The notes: a model not told the origin generated them from the letters alone. DNA of 64,000 bases from Candidatus Eremiobacteria bacterium (GCA_963737065.1 CAVTRC010000001.1:288001-352000); one strand, 5' to 3'; shown: positions 19,287 through 30,302, counted from the first letter of the stretch. Made by a program: numbers and translations.

Positions 19287-19838
19287 TCAGCCGTCCGCAC
19301 GCGCAAAGAATGCCAAGGCGACATCGCCGTACACTTCTTCGCGCGTCGAGCGATACCCCGGTATGTCGGGAAGAATTCGTTTCGCAGCATGTTCATAAAT
19401 CACGAGCGCGTCGGACGCGAGCAGCGCTCGGTCGAGCAGCAGGCGGAAGATTTGCAACGGCACATCATTCCCATAGGGCGGATCGAGATACACGATATCG
19501 AACGGCCCTTCAATACGGTAGAGCGCGCGCTCAACGGGCGCTGCCATCACCGACACGCGATCGTCGATCCTGAGTTGCTTTGACGCTTCTTCGATCGCGT
19601 GCGCCGTTTCGCGATTTGCTTCTACGGAGACTACGCGCGCCGCACCGCGCGACGCAGCTTCGAATCCGATTGCGCCGGTTCCCGCGAAAAGGTCGAGCAC
19701 CGCTGCTCCGTTGATGCGGTTCATCAGGATCGAAAACAATGACTCTTTGACGCGTCCCGGTGTGGGACGAATGCTCGTGCCTTTCGGCGACTTCAACTTT
19801 CGACTCCCAAGCGATCCGCCGGTGATCTTCGGACTCAT
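19287..19838 (-). CDS. rsmD: 16S rRNA m2G966 methyltransferase
   Basis: RPT..RVKESLF, LDLFAGTG, DPPY. Confidence 0.95.
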   Translation of the reverse strand: MSPKITGGSLGSRKLKSPKGTSIRPTPGRVKESLFSILMNRINGAAVLDLFAGTGAIGFEAASRGAARVVSVEANRETAHAIEEASKQLRIDDRVSVMAAPVERALYRIEGPFDIVYLDPPYGNDVPLQIFRLLLDRALLASDALVIYEHAAKRILPDIPGYRSTREEVYGDVALAFFARADG

Positions 19839-20554
19839 CGCGACGCGACGGCAGTCACGAGCGGAATTAGCTCGCGCAACGAGTGCACGACATGTGTCGG
19901 CTCCGGTAGATTGGTCGGATAGGCTTTCCCTTCATTGTCGATCCAGACCGCTTGGAAGCCTGCTTGCATAGCGCCCGCGATGTCGACGTCAGGTGTGTCG
20001 CCGACGTACACGCAGCGTCCCGGCTCGAGGCCGAGCTCGTCGGCCAGGGCGCGAAACGCTTCCGCATCCGGCTTTTGGATCCCAAGGTCGCCGCTCGCGA
20101 GGACTTTTCCGCTGAAGCCGGCGCGCCGCGCCTTTACGACTTGCAGCGGATTCCAGCCGTTGCTAAGGATCCCTAAGGCGAACGGACCGCGCGCCAACTC
20201 GTCGAGCGTCGACTTTGCATCGGGATCCGGCACGATAAACGTTTCCGCCATCGCAAGCGCCATGCGGCGGAACCCTTCGGCGAACTCGCCGCTCGGTTCG
20301 ACGCCGCGGTCGCGCACGAACGCGTGGACCGCTGCGTCGATCGTACAGTGGCCCGCACGTTGCGACGCAAGCAGCGCGTCGATGTTCTTCGTCTCGTCCG
20401 CGAGCGAGCCCAACGCCTGGCCGCCCTCCTCTACGATCTGCTCGAGAAGATGCAGAAACGCGACGCGCTCGAGCTTGTTGTCGATGCAAAGCGTGTGATC
20501 GATATCAAACCCGACGCCGCATACGCGGCGCGAAGCCCCCGAATGCGCGATCAT
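19835..20554 (-). CDS. HAD-family hydrolase
   Basis: FDIDHTL, LSNG, KPD, VGDTP.VDI.GA. Confidence 0.9.
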   Translation of the reverse strand: MIAHSGASRRVCGVGFDIDHTLCIDNKLERVAFLHLLEQIVEEGGQALGSLADETKNIDALLASQRAGHCTIDAAVHAFVRDRGVEPSGEFAEGFRRMALAMAETFIVPDPDAKSTLDELARGPFALGILSNGWNPLQVVKARRAGFSGKVLASGDLGIQKPDAEAFRALADELGLEPGRCVYVGDTPDVDIAGAMQAGFQAVWIDNEGKAYPTNLPEPTHVVHSLRELIPLVTAVASR

Positions 20555-20562
20555 CAGCGGCG

Positions 20563-23232
20563 CTATTTCGGACCGGGACCGAGGATCACCCGGACGAAGT
20601 CGTTCGGACGCACCCACTTGTTGAGCGCGTGCACGACCGAGGTGTTCGTCGTACCGACTTCGCGTTGTGCGTCGGTCACATACTGATCGAGCGGCAGTTG
20701 CAGCTGCGCGTAGCCGATCAACTGAGTCGCGATTCCGCTAAAACTTTGTTGTTTGAGCGGAATTTGCGAGACGAGCATCGCCTTGCCGCGCGCCAAGTCA
20801 TCGTCGCTCACGCCGTTTTTCATCATTCCGTTCAAATCGGCGAACGCGAGATTTTGCGCCGCGATGATCTTCTCGGGATCGGACGCAAAGTAGAGGCCGA
20901 AGCTGCCCCGATTTTTGCTGGCCTGAAAGCGACTGCCGATGCCGTAGACGAGCCCGTGTAAGTCCCGAACGTCATGGAAGAGTATCGAACTTCCACCGGA
21001 ACCGAACGAGGCATTTGCGACGGCGAGCGCGGCCCAATCGGGATTGTCTCGGGTAAGCATGTTGGTTTGCATGTACGTGACTTGCGACTGCACGCGCGTC
21101 GGATCGGGCACTTGCACCGTGCTCGGCTTATTGTTTGCGACCGCCGGCAGATAGACGTCGGGCTTGGCTCCCGTTGCCTTCCACGCGCCGAAGTATTTCT
21201 CGAACGTCGCGCGTACCTGATCGGGCGTCACGTCGCCGATGACGACCGCAGTCGTCATGTCAGGGCGATATGCCGTCGTAAACCAACTCTTCACCGAATC
21301 GAGCGCCACGGCGCCTACCGTCTCTTCCGTTTGCTGCACCTGCATGGGATCGTCCGACGGATAAAGCGCTTTGTTCAGCGCGACTTCCTCGCGATAACTC
21401 GGTGAGGACATCACGCCCGGCATTGCTGAAACGTCTTGCTGTTTCACGATCGCGAAATTTTGCGCCGGGAAGGCCGGATGCAGTTCTTCATCGGCGAGCA
21501 GCGCCACGCCGCGGTCGAATTCATTTGAGAGCGCGGTGAGCGAAAACGCCGTGCCGGCGTCGACGTCGGCTGCAATGTCGTCGAGTTGCTTGCGCAGCTC
21601 GAGCCGATTGTACGTCGTCGTGCCGAACGGAAGCAGCTGCGCGGTGATATCGGCGACGCCTTGCACGTCTTTCGGCGCCTGTATCGTCTCGTTCGAAAGA
21701 ATCGAGCCGGAAACCACGACGGTATGCGAAACGTGTTCCGGAACGACGATCAAACGCATACCGTTCGAGAGCGTCATGTCGACCGGCGCTAGCGTCTGCG
21801 TCGGTACCCTGACATTCTTGAACGCAGCAACGGCCCAAGACGGTAGCGGGTCGTGATGTTGCAGCGTGAGTTTGTTGCTCTCCTTTGCAATCGGCTCTTC
21901 ACTCGTTTGTGCTTCGCCGCCGTGCTTGGGGAGCGCCACAACGGTCACGGCATGATCGAAGTTGAAGTTCGCGCGTAACACGCGATTGACGTCAGCGACG
22001 GTGACGGCTTGAATCTGCGCGGTTTGTTCATCCGGCGAACGCAATCCGCGTTTGGCAACCGCGTCGCTCCATTCGAAAGCAAGATTTTCGATCGAGTTCG
22101 CCTTGAATGCGTCGCTTGCCACCTCACGGCGCTTTTCAACGTCTACCAAGTCGGCCGGCACGCCGTCCTTCTTATAGTCGTCGATAACCGACTGCAGCGC
22201 CGCTACCGTAGATTGCACGTTTCCGCCGATCGGCATCACGCCGAGCAGCAGCGTTCCGGAAGCGAGCGGGTGCGACTCCAGCGGCTCGACTTCAGCCTGC
22301 AGCAGTTTACCCGATACAACGAGATCGTAGAGCTTCGAACGCTGGTCGTCGAGCAGATCGGTGAGAATCTGCGACGCCGCGTAGTCCTTGGAGTTCCATC
22401 CCGGAAGCCGGAACGCGAGGCTGACGACGTCGACGGGCAAATTGCTCTCGATCGTGCTCGATGACTTCTTCACGGGTCGCAGAACGATCGAAGGCCGCGC
22501 GGGAAGCGTCGCTTGCCCGAAGTGTCCGAAATACTTCTTCACGTCGGCAACGGTCGACGGACCGTCGACGTCGCCGGTGATGACGTATACCGCGTTGTTC
22601 GGGTGGTACCACGCATTATAGAATGCATGCAGCTTTTGACTGTCGATAACATGCTGGAAGCCGTTGACCGTTCCGAGCCCGTTCTTCTGATACGGCGTTC
22701 CGGCATACAGCGCGTCGCTCACTTTGGCGAGCAAACGCCATTCCCAATTGCTCTGGTCTTGCGTTACTTCTTGCGTGATTGCGCCCTTTTCGATGTTCCA
22801 GTCCTTTTCCGAAAGGTACGCATCGCGCATGCGCGACGCTTCCATCCGCAACACCAGATCGAGATACTGCGACGGCGCTGAAAAGAAGTATTGCGTGATC
22901 TCGGCCTGCGTATCGGCGTCGTTGTTTCCGCCTAAAAGCTCACTGATGTCCGAGAGCTGCGATTCCGAGAGCGTCGGGCTGCCGCGAAACATCATATGTT
23001 CGAGCGCGTGCGCCTGCCCGTCGTACTGCTGTTCGTTCGATCCGACGCGATAGTTCAGCACGGCCGTTACGACCGGTGCAAGCGGATCGTGCACGACGAC
23101 GACATGCAGCCCGTTCGGCAACGTCGCGCGCGTCACGCTCAGTGCCGGCGTGTCGACGCCCTCGGCCGATGCGATGCCCGCGCCAATCAGAACGAACGCC
23201 AGTACGGGAAGCACCAGTCGGATCAATCGCAT
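20563..23232 (-). CDS. M16 (pitrilysin) family zinc peptidase, secreted
   Basis: HALEH (HxxEH), TLPNGL, duplicated domain, signal peptide from ATG 23232. Confidence 0.95.
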   Translation of the reverse strand: MRLIRLVLPVLAFVLIGAGIASAEGVDTPALSVTRATLPNGLHVVVVHDPLAPVVTAVLNYRVGSNEQQYDGQAHALEHMMFRGSPTLSESQLSDISELLGGNNDADTQAEITQYFFSAPSQYLDLVLRMEASRMRDAYLSEKDWNIEKGAITQEVTQDQSNWEWRLLAKVSDALYAGTPYQKNGLGTVNGFQHVIDSQKLHAFYNAWYHPNNAVYVITGDVDGPSTVADVKKYFGHFGQATLPARPSIVLRPVKKSSSTIESNLPVDVVSLAFRLPGWNSKDYAASQILTDLLDDQRSKLYDLVVSGKLLQAEVEPLESHPLASGTLLLGVMPIGGNVQSTVAALQSVIDDYKKDGVPADLVDVEKRREVASDAFKANSIENLAFEWSDAVAKRGLRSPDEQTAQIQAVTVADVNRVLRANFNFDHAVTVVALPKHGGEAQTSEEPIAKESNKLTLQHHDPLPSWAVAAFKNVRVPTQTLAPVDMTLSNGMRLIVVPEHVSHTVVVSGSILSNETIQAPKDVQGVADITAQLLPFGTTTYNRLELRKQLDDIAADVDAGTAFSLTALSNEFDRGVALLADEELHPAFPAQNFAIVKQQDVSAMPGVMSSPSYREEVALNKALYPSDDPMQVQQTEETVGAVALDSVKSWFTTAYRPDMTTAVVIGDVTPDQVRATFEKYFGAWKATGAKPDVYLPAVANNKPSTVQVPDPTRVQSQVTYMQTNMLTRDNPDWAALAVANASFGSGGSSILFHDVRDLHGLVYGIGSRFQASKNRGSFGLYFASDPEKIIAAQNLAFADLNGMMKNGVSDDDLARGKAMLVSQIPLKQQSFSGIATQLIGYAQLQLPLDQYVTDAQREVGTTNTSVVHALNKWVRPNDFVRVILGPGPK

Positions 23233-23252
23233 TCTTCTCCCTATTTCTTTCC

Positions 23253-25304
23253 TTACGATGACAGCACGAGCGCACGGGTCGTCGGTTGACGTTCGAGTGC
23301 CGCTCGCAGCCCCGCGTGTTCCGGTTTGCGCAATTCCGGGTCGTTTGCCAAGAGCGATTGCGCGACCCGCTTGGCTGCGCGATAGACGTCGATGTCGCGA
23401 ACGAGATCCGCGATCCAAAGATCGGCGGCGCCCGATTGCGCCGTTCCGGCGAATTCGCCCGCACCGCGTATCCGCAGGTCCTCTTCCGCAATGTGGAAGC
23501 CGTCCGTAGACTCCGTGAGGATTTCCAAGCGTTCGCTCTCGACGTTATCGTCGGGATAGACGAGGATGCAAAAGGACTTCGCCGCACCGCGTCCCACACG
23601 TCCGCGCAGTTGGTGCAGTTGCGCGAGACCGTAGCGGTGCGCGTCGAGAATGACCATCACGCTCGCATTCGCAACGTCAACTCCGACTTCGACAACCGTT
23701 GTTGCAAGCAGCACGTCGAGCTCGCCGCGCGAAAACCGCGCCATGGCGTCGTCTTTTTCCCTCGGCGCCATGCGTCCGTGCAGCAAGCCGATTCGCAAGT
23801 CCGGAAAAACATCGTTCTTCAAGCGCTCCGCTTCCGCGACGACGCTCGTCAATTCGCTTTCTTCATCGATTGCCGGCGCGACGATATACGCCTGGTGACC
23901 GAGTTCCACGTTGCCGCGAACGAACTCGTAGACGTGTTCTAAACGGCTCACGCGGACGGCGTAGGTTTCGATCGGCGTGCGTCCCGGCGGAAGTTCGTCG
24001 ATCGTAGATGCATCGAGATCGGCGTATACGGACTGCGCGAGCGTGCGGGGAATCGGTGTCGCGGTCATGTGCAGCGTGTGCGGCGCGGCACCTTTCGCGC
24101 GCAGACGCGCGCGCTGTTCGACCCCGAAGCGGTGCTGCTCGTCGATAATCACGAGCCCCAGCCGGGCGAAATCGACGCCTTCCGTTAATAGCGCGTGCGT
24201 GCCGACCGCAAGCGCCGCTTCGCCGCTCGCAATGCGCGCAACGGCGGCGTTGCGCGCGCGTGCGCCTTGGCTGCCGAACACCGCTTCAACGGGAATGGCC
24301 AACGGCAGCAACAGCGGCGCGAGTTTCGCGGCATGCTGCGCCGCAAGAATCTCCGTTGGCGCCATGAGCGCTGATTGCACGCCGTTGCGCGCAGCGAGCG
24401 CGATCGCCGCGGCGGCCGCCAGCGTTTTTCCGCTTCCGACATCGCCTTGCAGCAACCGGTTCATTGGGACGTCACGCGACATGTCGTCCCAGATCTCGCG
24501 GATAACGCGCCGCTGCGCGCCGGTCAACGCAAACGGTAAGGCCGCTTCGAAATCCTCCAGCAGCTGCGCCGGTACGTTCAATGCGTCCGCGTCGTGTTCG
24601 CGCTCGCGCTCCGAACGGCGCATCTCCGCCGCCGTGGCGAGCGTGAGAAATTCCGTAAAGATAAAGCGCTCGCGCGCCACCTGCGCTTCTTGTGGCGTTG
24701 AGGGCGCATGCACGGCATGATATGCGCTCGCCATGGTTCCGTACTTGCGTTCAAGCGCGACGGCGGGCGGAAGCGGATCGTCGCCGGCCAGCGCGACCAA
24801 TCGCGGCAGATTTTTTCCCACGACGCTTGCAATTTTGCGCGTCGGCAGATCTTTGCTCGCGCGATAGACAGGGAGCATTTCGCCGTGGTAGGTCTCATCC
24901 TCGCGCAGTTGCGAGTACTGCGCCACGTTGACGGCGGCGCCGGCCGGCGTCTTGTCGGTGCGCCCGCGCACGAACAACCGCATGCCTTCGCTGAACCGTC
25001 CGATCACGTAGCGATTGCGTCCGATCCACTTCGCGGTGAATTCGCCGGTATCGTCGCGCAGCCGCACCTCGACGATTTCGAGTCCACGCACGCGCCGTTC
25101 TTTCACCTGCGTCACGACGCCGACTGCGTTTTCTTCACCGCCGCTCGCTCCGAGCTTGTTCGACGGCGTCGGAAAGCGCAAGTCCTCGTAGCGGAACGGC
25201 AGGTAGTCGAGAAGATCGTGCGCCGTGTGGATGCCGAGGTCGTGAAAGAGCGGCGCGGACTTCGCACCGACGCCCGCGAGGGACTCGATGGGAAGATCGC
25301 TCAT
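23253..25304 (-). CDS. recG: ATP-dependent DNA helicase RecG
   Basis: RLLQGDVGSGKT, DEQHRFG, TATPIPR, QLRGRVGR. Confidence 0.97.
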   Translation of the reverse strand: MSDLPIESLAGVGAKSAPLFHDLGIHTAHDLLDYLPFRYEDLRFPTPSNKLGASGGEENAVGVVTQVKERRVRGLEIVEVRLRDDTGEFTAKWIGRNRYVIGRFSEGMRLFVRGRTDKTPAGAAVNVAQYSQLREDETYHGEMLPVYRASKDLPTRKIASVVGKNLPRLVALAGDDPLPPAVALERKYGTMASAYHAVHAPSTPQEAQVARERFIFTEFLTLATAAEMRRSEREREHDADALNVPAQLLEDFEAALPFALTGAQRRVIREIWDDMSRDVPMNRLLQGDVGSGKTLAAAAAIALAARNGVQSALMAPTEILAAQHAAKLAPLLLPLAIPVEAVFGSQGARARNAAVARIASGEAALAVGTHALLTEGVDFARLGLVIIDEQHRFGVEQRARLRAKGAAPHTLHMTATPIPRTLAQSVYADLDASTIDELPPGRTPIETYAVRVSRLEHVYEFVRGNVELGHQAYIVAPAIDEESELTSVVAEAERLKNDVFPDLRIGLLHGRMAPREKDDAMARFSRGELDVLLATTVVEVGVDVANASVMVILDAHRYGLAQLHQLRGRVGRGAAKSFCILVYPDDNVESERLEILTESTDGFHIAEEDLRIRGAGEFAGTAQSGAADLWIADLVRDIDVYRAAKRVAQSLLANDPELRKPEHAGLRAALERQPTTRALVLSS

Positions 25305-25765
25305 TGCAAGCGCAGTTCCATGTCGCTCGTCGTCTCGAATCCTAAGCTGCGATAGAGCGGCATCCCCATGTCACTGGAGTGCAACCGCACGGAATAGCAG
25401 CCGCGTTCGCGAGCCCAATCGATCGCCGCCTGCGTCAATGCACGCGCGATTCCGCGACGCCTATACGCCGGTTTCACGAACACCCCATGCAACATCGCAT
25501 AGGTTCGGCCGAATACAGCCGTGCGATAATGCTCTCCGATGTACGTAATGCTCATCCCGATCGCTTGCGCACCGTCGTAGGCCAGAAACAGTTGCGCGCG
25601 GCCCAAGGCTTGGCGGCTCGTGAAAAATTCGCGAAAGCGCTCGCGCCAGCCGGGGTCTATTTCGTCCCACGGCGCAGCCTCATGCGAGTCGCGCGACATC
25701 TCCGCGCGCAGTTCGATTCCGGCCTCGTATTCGTCGAGTCCGGCGGCAAGGACGCGAACGCTCAC
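25301..25765 (-). CDS. GNAT acetyltransferase
   Basis: VFVKPAYRRRGIA, LYRSLGF; GTG 25765 overlaps the corrected panE stop. Confidence 0.88.
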   Translation of the reverse strand: MSVRVLAAGLDEYEAGIELRAEMSRDSHEAAPWDEIDPGWRERFREFFTSRQALGRAQLFLAYDGAQAIGMSITYIGEHYRTAVFGRTYAMLHGVFVKPAYRRRGIARALTQAAIDWARERGCYSVRLHSSDMGMPLYRSLGFETTSDMELRLQ

Positions 25766-26713
25766 GCGGTTGCAGCCGACAGCGAGCGCAGACGATCGTA
25801 CACGTCGCGCACGCGCGGAACCGGCACGCCGAGTCGCTCGCCGACTTCGATGACCGCGCCGAGAATCGGACGCGGCTTCGAGCGCGCGCCCCGCTTGATA
25901 ATCTTGCAGCATCGAGGTTCGAACGTCCGCCAATCGCTGCGCATACGCGAGGCGCGCTTCGATATCGACGTGCGCGACAACGCCAAGTGCTTGACCGACT
26001 GCTAGCGCTTCTTCCATCAGCATACGCACTTCGTCGCGCGTCGAGCTGCGCTCGAGCATCTGCCGAATTGTCAGTTCGTGCAACGTGCTGATCGGATTTA
26101 AGCCAACGTTATTCACGAGTTTCAACCAGACGGTGCCGCGGATATTCGTGTCGACTTCCGGGGCCAGTTCAGCGGATGCAAACGCCGCAATCAGCGCGGC
26201 GACGCGCTCGTTCGTTCCGCCGGGGGGAGCGCCGAACGCGTAGCGCGTTCCGCCGCTTTGGTGAATCTTTCCCGGTTCGACGATGTGTCCGGAGACATGC
26301 ACGACACCGCCGACAACTCGCTCGTCGGCAAACAACGCTCCGATGCGTCCGCCGGGATCGACCGACTCGAGCGCAGGCGTACGAACGAACCAAAACGGCA
26401 CGCCGTTCTGAAGCGTGACGATCGTTGCGTTCGTTTGCGCAACAGCGGCGAGCTGCGGGAGCAGTTCGGGGTATTGATGCGCTTTGAACGTCAGGAGCAC
26501 CGCATCGAACGCGCCGAGCGTCCGTACATCGTCCGTCGCTTCGACGCGCGTTGTAAACGGGCCGAGGTCGCTGTGAACCAGCGTAATCCCTTTGCGACGA
26601 ATGACGTCGAGATGCGCGCCACGTGCCACGACCGCGACGCCCGTACCGGCACGGGCGAGTGCAGCAGCGATGAATCCGCCGATGGCGCCCGCACCCATGA
26701 CCGCGACTCTCAT
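25762..26713 (-). CDS. panE: 2-dehydropantoate 2-reductase (1-nt frameshift near 25875)
   Basis: GAGAIGG, LQNG, WLKLV.N, TSMLQD; the C-terminus ..PILGAVIEVGERLGVPVP continues in another frame to TGA 25762. Confidence 0.88.
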
Positions 26714-26729
26714 CTTGCAAACAACTTCG

Positions 26730-26801
26730 AGGCGACGGGCAGATTCGAACTGCCGGATGGGGCTTTTGCAGAGCCCTGCCTTACCACTTGGCTACGTCGC
26801 C
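26730..26801 (-). tRNA. tRNA-Cys(GCA)
   Basis: GGCGACGTAGCCAAGTGGTAAGGC...CTGCAAA...GTTCGAATC cloverleaf. Confidence 0.96.
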
Positions 26802-26802
26802 G

Positions 26803-26876
26803 TGGAGCGGGTAGTGGGAATCGAACCCACGCATCAACCTTGGGAAGGTCGCAGGCTACCATTACATCATACCCGC
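26803..26876 (-). tRNA. tRNA-Gly(CCC)
   Basis: GCGGGTATGATGTAATGG...TTCCCAA...GTTCGATTC...CCA. Confidence 0.96.
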
Positions 26877-26945
26877 AGACGATCCATCGGCGCCCGCCGG
26901 ATTCGTTGCAGGCCACAACCCGTCCTTTGGGTGAACGGTGGAGCT

Positions 26946-27728
26946 GTGACGTGGGTGTATAGCCTGCCCCTTTGGGTTGCAGCGGTCGTCTTTATCGGCG
27001 GCTGCTGCTTGCTTTCCGCCGCAGGGTTATACATCGTTCGCAAACAGTACGGCGAGGCCGAGGGATTCACGCACAACGACGTCGCGGGCCCGATCATGGG
27101 AACCGTCGGAACCGTCCTTGCGGTGTTGCTTACCTTCATGGTGGTCACCGTGTGGCAAGAGTACGACAACGCCGCGCAAGGGGCTAATGAAGAAGCGGCG
27201 GAGCTTTCCGATCTCTATCACGAAAGCTACGCGTTGCCCGCGCAGTTCGGAACATCGTTACGCGTGAAGGTCCTCTCGTACATTCATCTCGTGATTCGTG
27301 AAGAGTGGCCGTTGATGAAGATCGGCCTGGAGAGCCATACCGCCGAAAATCTCGCGCGAAAAATCGTCGATACGGTTCAATCGTATCCGCCCACGACGAT
27401 GGGACAGCAGACGGCGCAGGCCGACGCACTGGACCACGCCCACAACTTCCTCGATCAGCGACGCGCGCGGCTGTTCAACAACGGCGAGTCGGTACCGGGG
27501 CTCGTTTGGGCGATGATGATCTTCGTTGCCGCGATTACGATTAGTTTTTCGTACTTCTTCCGCGTGGCAAACGCGCACGCGCACCTCTTGATGATCCTCG
27601 CGCTCGCGTCGGTGGTCGGTGCGACGTTCCTGATGATCGCCGAGCTCGATTTGCCGTTCCGCGGACCGTTGCAGGTTGCGCCGAGCGGGTTCAGCCACGC
27701 CTTGCAGCGCCTAAGCCAGCTTCACTAA
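26946..27728 (+). CDS. DUF4239 / bestrophin-like membrane protein
   Basis: HNDVAG....VGT..AVLL.F.VV.VW, EEWP.M, LD.PFRG. Confidence 0.85.
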   Translation: MTWVYSLPLWVAAVVFIGGCCLLSAAGLYIVRKQYGEAEGFTHNDVAGPIMGTVGTVLAVLLTFMVVTVWQEYDNAAQGANEEAAELSDLYHESYALPAQFGTSLRVKVLSYIHLVIREEWPLMKIGLESHTAENLARKIVDTVQSYPPTTMGQQTAQADALDHAHNFLDQRRARLFNNGESVPGLVWAMMIFVAAITISFSYFFRVANAHAHLLMILALASVVGATFLMIAELDLPFRGPLQVAPSGFSHALQRLSQLH

Positions 27729-28402
27729 CTCAAAATGTTGACCGAGCGCGCCAAAATGAGGGCCACGGTGATGAACGAAATCAGCGACTCAATGAGCATC
27801 AACACTTTGGCGATCCGCGTGAGCGGCATTACGTCGGTCGGACTGAAGGCGAGCGCATTGGTGAACGAGAGATAGAGGTAATCGAGGAACATCGGGCGCC
27901 AATTGGCTGGTACGCATTGTGCATGCGTCTGGATCAGCGTCAGCTGCGGAAAAAGAAAGTCCGCTTGTATGGGACCCTCACTCAAAGTACCTTCACGAAT
28001 CTCTACTCCGCCCTCATCGATCTCCCAGAACCATAGTGCGAAAACGATGACGTTCGTGCACCAGATTAGCGCACCCGAGTGCAGCAGCTCCCCGGCGACG
28101 ATACCGTGGTGTTTCGTATGCGGATTGAGCAAGTCGTTGACCAACAAAATCACCGACATGATGTTGAAGAAATTAAGGATCGCAATCAACGTCACGGCTG
28201 CGCTGCTGCGGACGGTTCGCGACATCCGTCCGCTGAACAGGAGCAGTGGCAAGAGTAAGATTGCGACGAGCAACGGCGCCACCCAAATCGGACCGAACGT
28301 CAGTTTTGGAGGCAGGCGCTCGTACAGCACGAGCGCGGCGACGACGGCAATCGCAGGATGCCAGCGCGGTTCGGGATTCACGAGCGCGTTTTCGCGCAGC
28401 AA
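27725..28402 (-). CDS. DUF1345-like membrane protein
   Basis: EPRW, FALWFWEID.GG, DFLFPQ, FLDYLYLSFTN..AFSPTD. Confidence 0.85.
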   Translation of the reverse strand: MLRENALVNPEPRWHPAIAVVAALVLYERLPPKLTFGPIWVAPLLVAILLLPLLLFSGRMSRTVRSSAAVTLIAILNFFNIMSVILLVNDLLNPHTKHHGIVAGELLHSGALIWCTNVIVFALWFWEIDEGGVEIREGTLSEGPIQADFLFPQLTLIQTHAQCVPANWRPMFLDYLYLSFTNALAFSPTDVMPLTRIAKVLMLIESLISFITVALILARSVNILS

Positions 28403-28433
28403 CCCCTTCTTACCGCCCGGCGTTGTTATCAAT

Positions 28434-28784
28434 ATGGCTACAGATTTTCGCGATGGCAAGGCGTTCCCACGCCGCGGCCGGGAACCGATGGGCGACGCGC
28501 TTTGGCTCGCTCGCGTGTTCGACAAGGCCCGCGCAGCAGCGGCGGGAACGATCGATGACTACATTTATCCCTGCCCGATGGATAAAGGCGTGATGGAGCG
28601 CTGGGGAATAACGCCGCAGGAATTCGACGAAGCGATTCGCACACACACGAGCGATCAGGCGATTCGCGCTTGGCTTGCGTCACGTGCGCCCGCCGATCGC
28701 GTTCGCGCCGCAAACGACTGGCTTCTCAATGAAAGAAAAGAGAACTTAGACCGGCAAGACGCTGAGGAAGGGATAACGGTTTGA
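28434..28784 (+). CDS. DUF5069-like protein
   Basis: PRR..E.MG...WLAR..DKARA...GT..DY.Y.CPMD; ends LDRQDAEEG. Confidence 0.8.
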   Translation: MATDFRDGKAFPRRGREPMGDALWLARVFDKARAAAAGTIDDYIYPCPMDKGVMERWGITPQEFDEAIRTHTSDQAIRAWLASRAPADRVRAANDWLLNERKENLDRQDAEEGITV

Positions 28785-29470
28785 GCGAGACGATCGAGTT
28801 CGCGCGGCCCGACGCTAAAGCGGCGCCCGGGTACTACACCGCCCCCCAAAATGCGAGCACAGCGCCGGGCGTCGTGATGATCGAAGAATGGTGGGGCGTC
28901 ACTGATTCAATCAAACAGATGGCCGACAAACTCGCGAGCGCGGGATTCCGCGTGCTCGTTCCGGATCTTTTCCGCGGCCGCAAAGCGGTTGTGCCCGATG
29001 AAGCAAACCATTTGGTCGAAGGCCTCGACTTCGGCGATGCCGCGAATCAAGACGTTCGCGGCGCGGTGGAGTACTTGAAATCGACGGGTTCGAAAAAAGT
29101 CGGCGTCCTCGGTTTCTGCGTCGGTGGTGGCCTCGCGCTGCTCGCCGCGATGAACGATTCGCAAATCGATGCCGTCGTGACGTTCTACGGCGTGACGCCG
29201 CCCGAAGCCGGTGACGTGGGCAAAATCAACGCTCCGGTACAAGGCCACTGGGCTGAACATGATGAGTTTGCAAGCCCGCAGGCCGTGAACCGCATCGAGG
29301 CGCGCTTCAAAGAAGCGGGCGTGTCACACGAGTTTCATCGCTACGATGCGCATCACGGATTCAATAATCCGAATCCAATCGGTCAGGCGGGACTCGGGCA
29401 CTACGACGAAGAGGCCGATGCGCAGTCATGGTCGCGCGCGATCGATTTTCTACGCAAAGCGCTTCAATAG
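28781..29470 (+). CDS. Dienelactone hydrolase family protein
   Basis: EWWG, PDLF, GFCVGG, HGF. Confidence 0.93.
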   Translation: MSETIEFARPDAKAAPGYYTAPQNASTAPGVVMIEEWWGVTDSIKQMADKLASAGFRVLVPDLFRGRKAVVPDEANHLVEGLDFGDAANQDVRGAVEYLKSTGSKKVGVLGFCVGGGLALLAAMNDSQIDAVVTFYGVTPPEAGDVGKINAPVQGHWAEHDEFASPQAVNRIEARFKEAGVSHEFHRYDAHHGFNNPNPIGQAGLGHYDEEADAQSWSRAIDFLRKALQ

Positions 29471-29477
29471 CGGGGCG

Positions 29478-30302
29478 TTAGTGCGAGAATAGCGTGCCCG
29501 CATTAACGGGCACGCTTCGCAACGCGCCCTGTCCGAGTCCCCACTTCTTTAGCAGCCTGTCGTACGTGCCGTCGCGGATTACCGCTTGCAGCGCGGCAAT
29601 CACCCGCCGACGCAGCGCTGCATTATTCTTCGCCAACGCGATGCCGTACGGCACAAGTGCGAACTGGCGTCCCGCGACTTCATACCTGCGATCGTTCGTC
29701 TTCGCAAGATACGCGATCACGGGGTAATCGGTGACGTGCACGTCGGAGTTTCCGGCCGCGAAAAACTTGAACGCCGCTTCGTCGGTCGAAAATGCGCTCA
29801 ATTTGATCTCGGCGAGACCGATTTGCTTGCAGCGCTTCGATTGGTCGTTGAGCGCCGTCTGCTGCGACGTGCCTTTTTGTACGTCGACGCGAAGTCCACA
29901 AAGCGCGCCGAGATCGAACACGTGCTTGGGATTGCCGGCAGGCACGAGCATGCCGCTGCCCGCGAGCATGTAATCGATGAAATCAACTTGCGCTTCGCGC
30001 TCGCGCGTATCGGAGAGCGCCGAAATAGCGAGGTCGAACGAGCCGTTCTTTACAGCCGGGATGAGGTCGTCGAACGTGTGGTTCGAAATCATCACCGGCG
30101 TACCGAGCTTTTCGCCGAGCGCTGCCGCGAGGTCGATATCGAATCCGCGCAGTTGATGGGCGCCGGAGTAGAATTCCAGCGGCGCATACGAGACGTCGGA
30201 CGCACCGCGCAGCGGTGCACCGGCGGCCATGGCGCGTGCGGCGCACACGGAAAAGACGACCGCGAGTACGAGGCTACTCGCGCGGCGGACAAATGAGCTC
30301 AT
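29478..30302 (-). CDS. Polar amino-acid ABC substrate-binding protein (orphan)
   Basis: Y.P.EF, GFDIDL, FD.LIP, T.ER..QVDF..Y, DGTY..LL.KW. Confidence 0.9.
   Translation of the reverse strand: MSSFVRRASSLVLAVVFSVCAARAMAAGAPLRGASDVSYAPLEFYSGAHQLRGFDIDLAAALGEKLGTPVMISNHTFDDLIPAVKNGSFDLAISALSDTREREAQVDFIDYMLAGSGMLVPAGNPKHVFDLGALCGLRVDVQKGTSQQTALNDQSKRCKQIGLAEIKLSAFSTDEAAFKFFAAGNSDVHVTDYPVIAYLAKTNDRRYEVAGRQFALVPYGIALAKNNAALRRRVIAALQAVIRDGTYDRLLKKWGLGQGALRSVPVNAGTLFSH

Noticed and set aside
25301..26713. Apparent PanE-GNAT fusion (470 aa)
   Set aside because: Caused by a 1-nt frameshift; the true PanE C-terminus and stop are in another frame and the GNAT has its own overlapping GTG.
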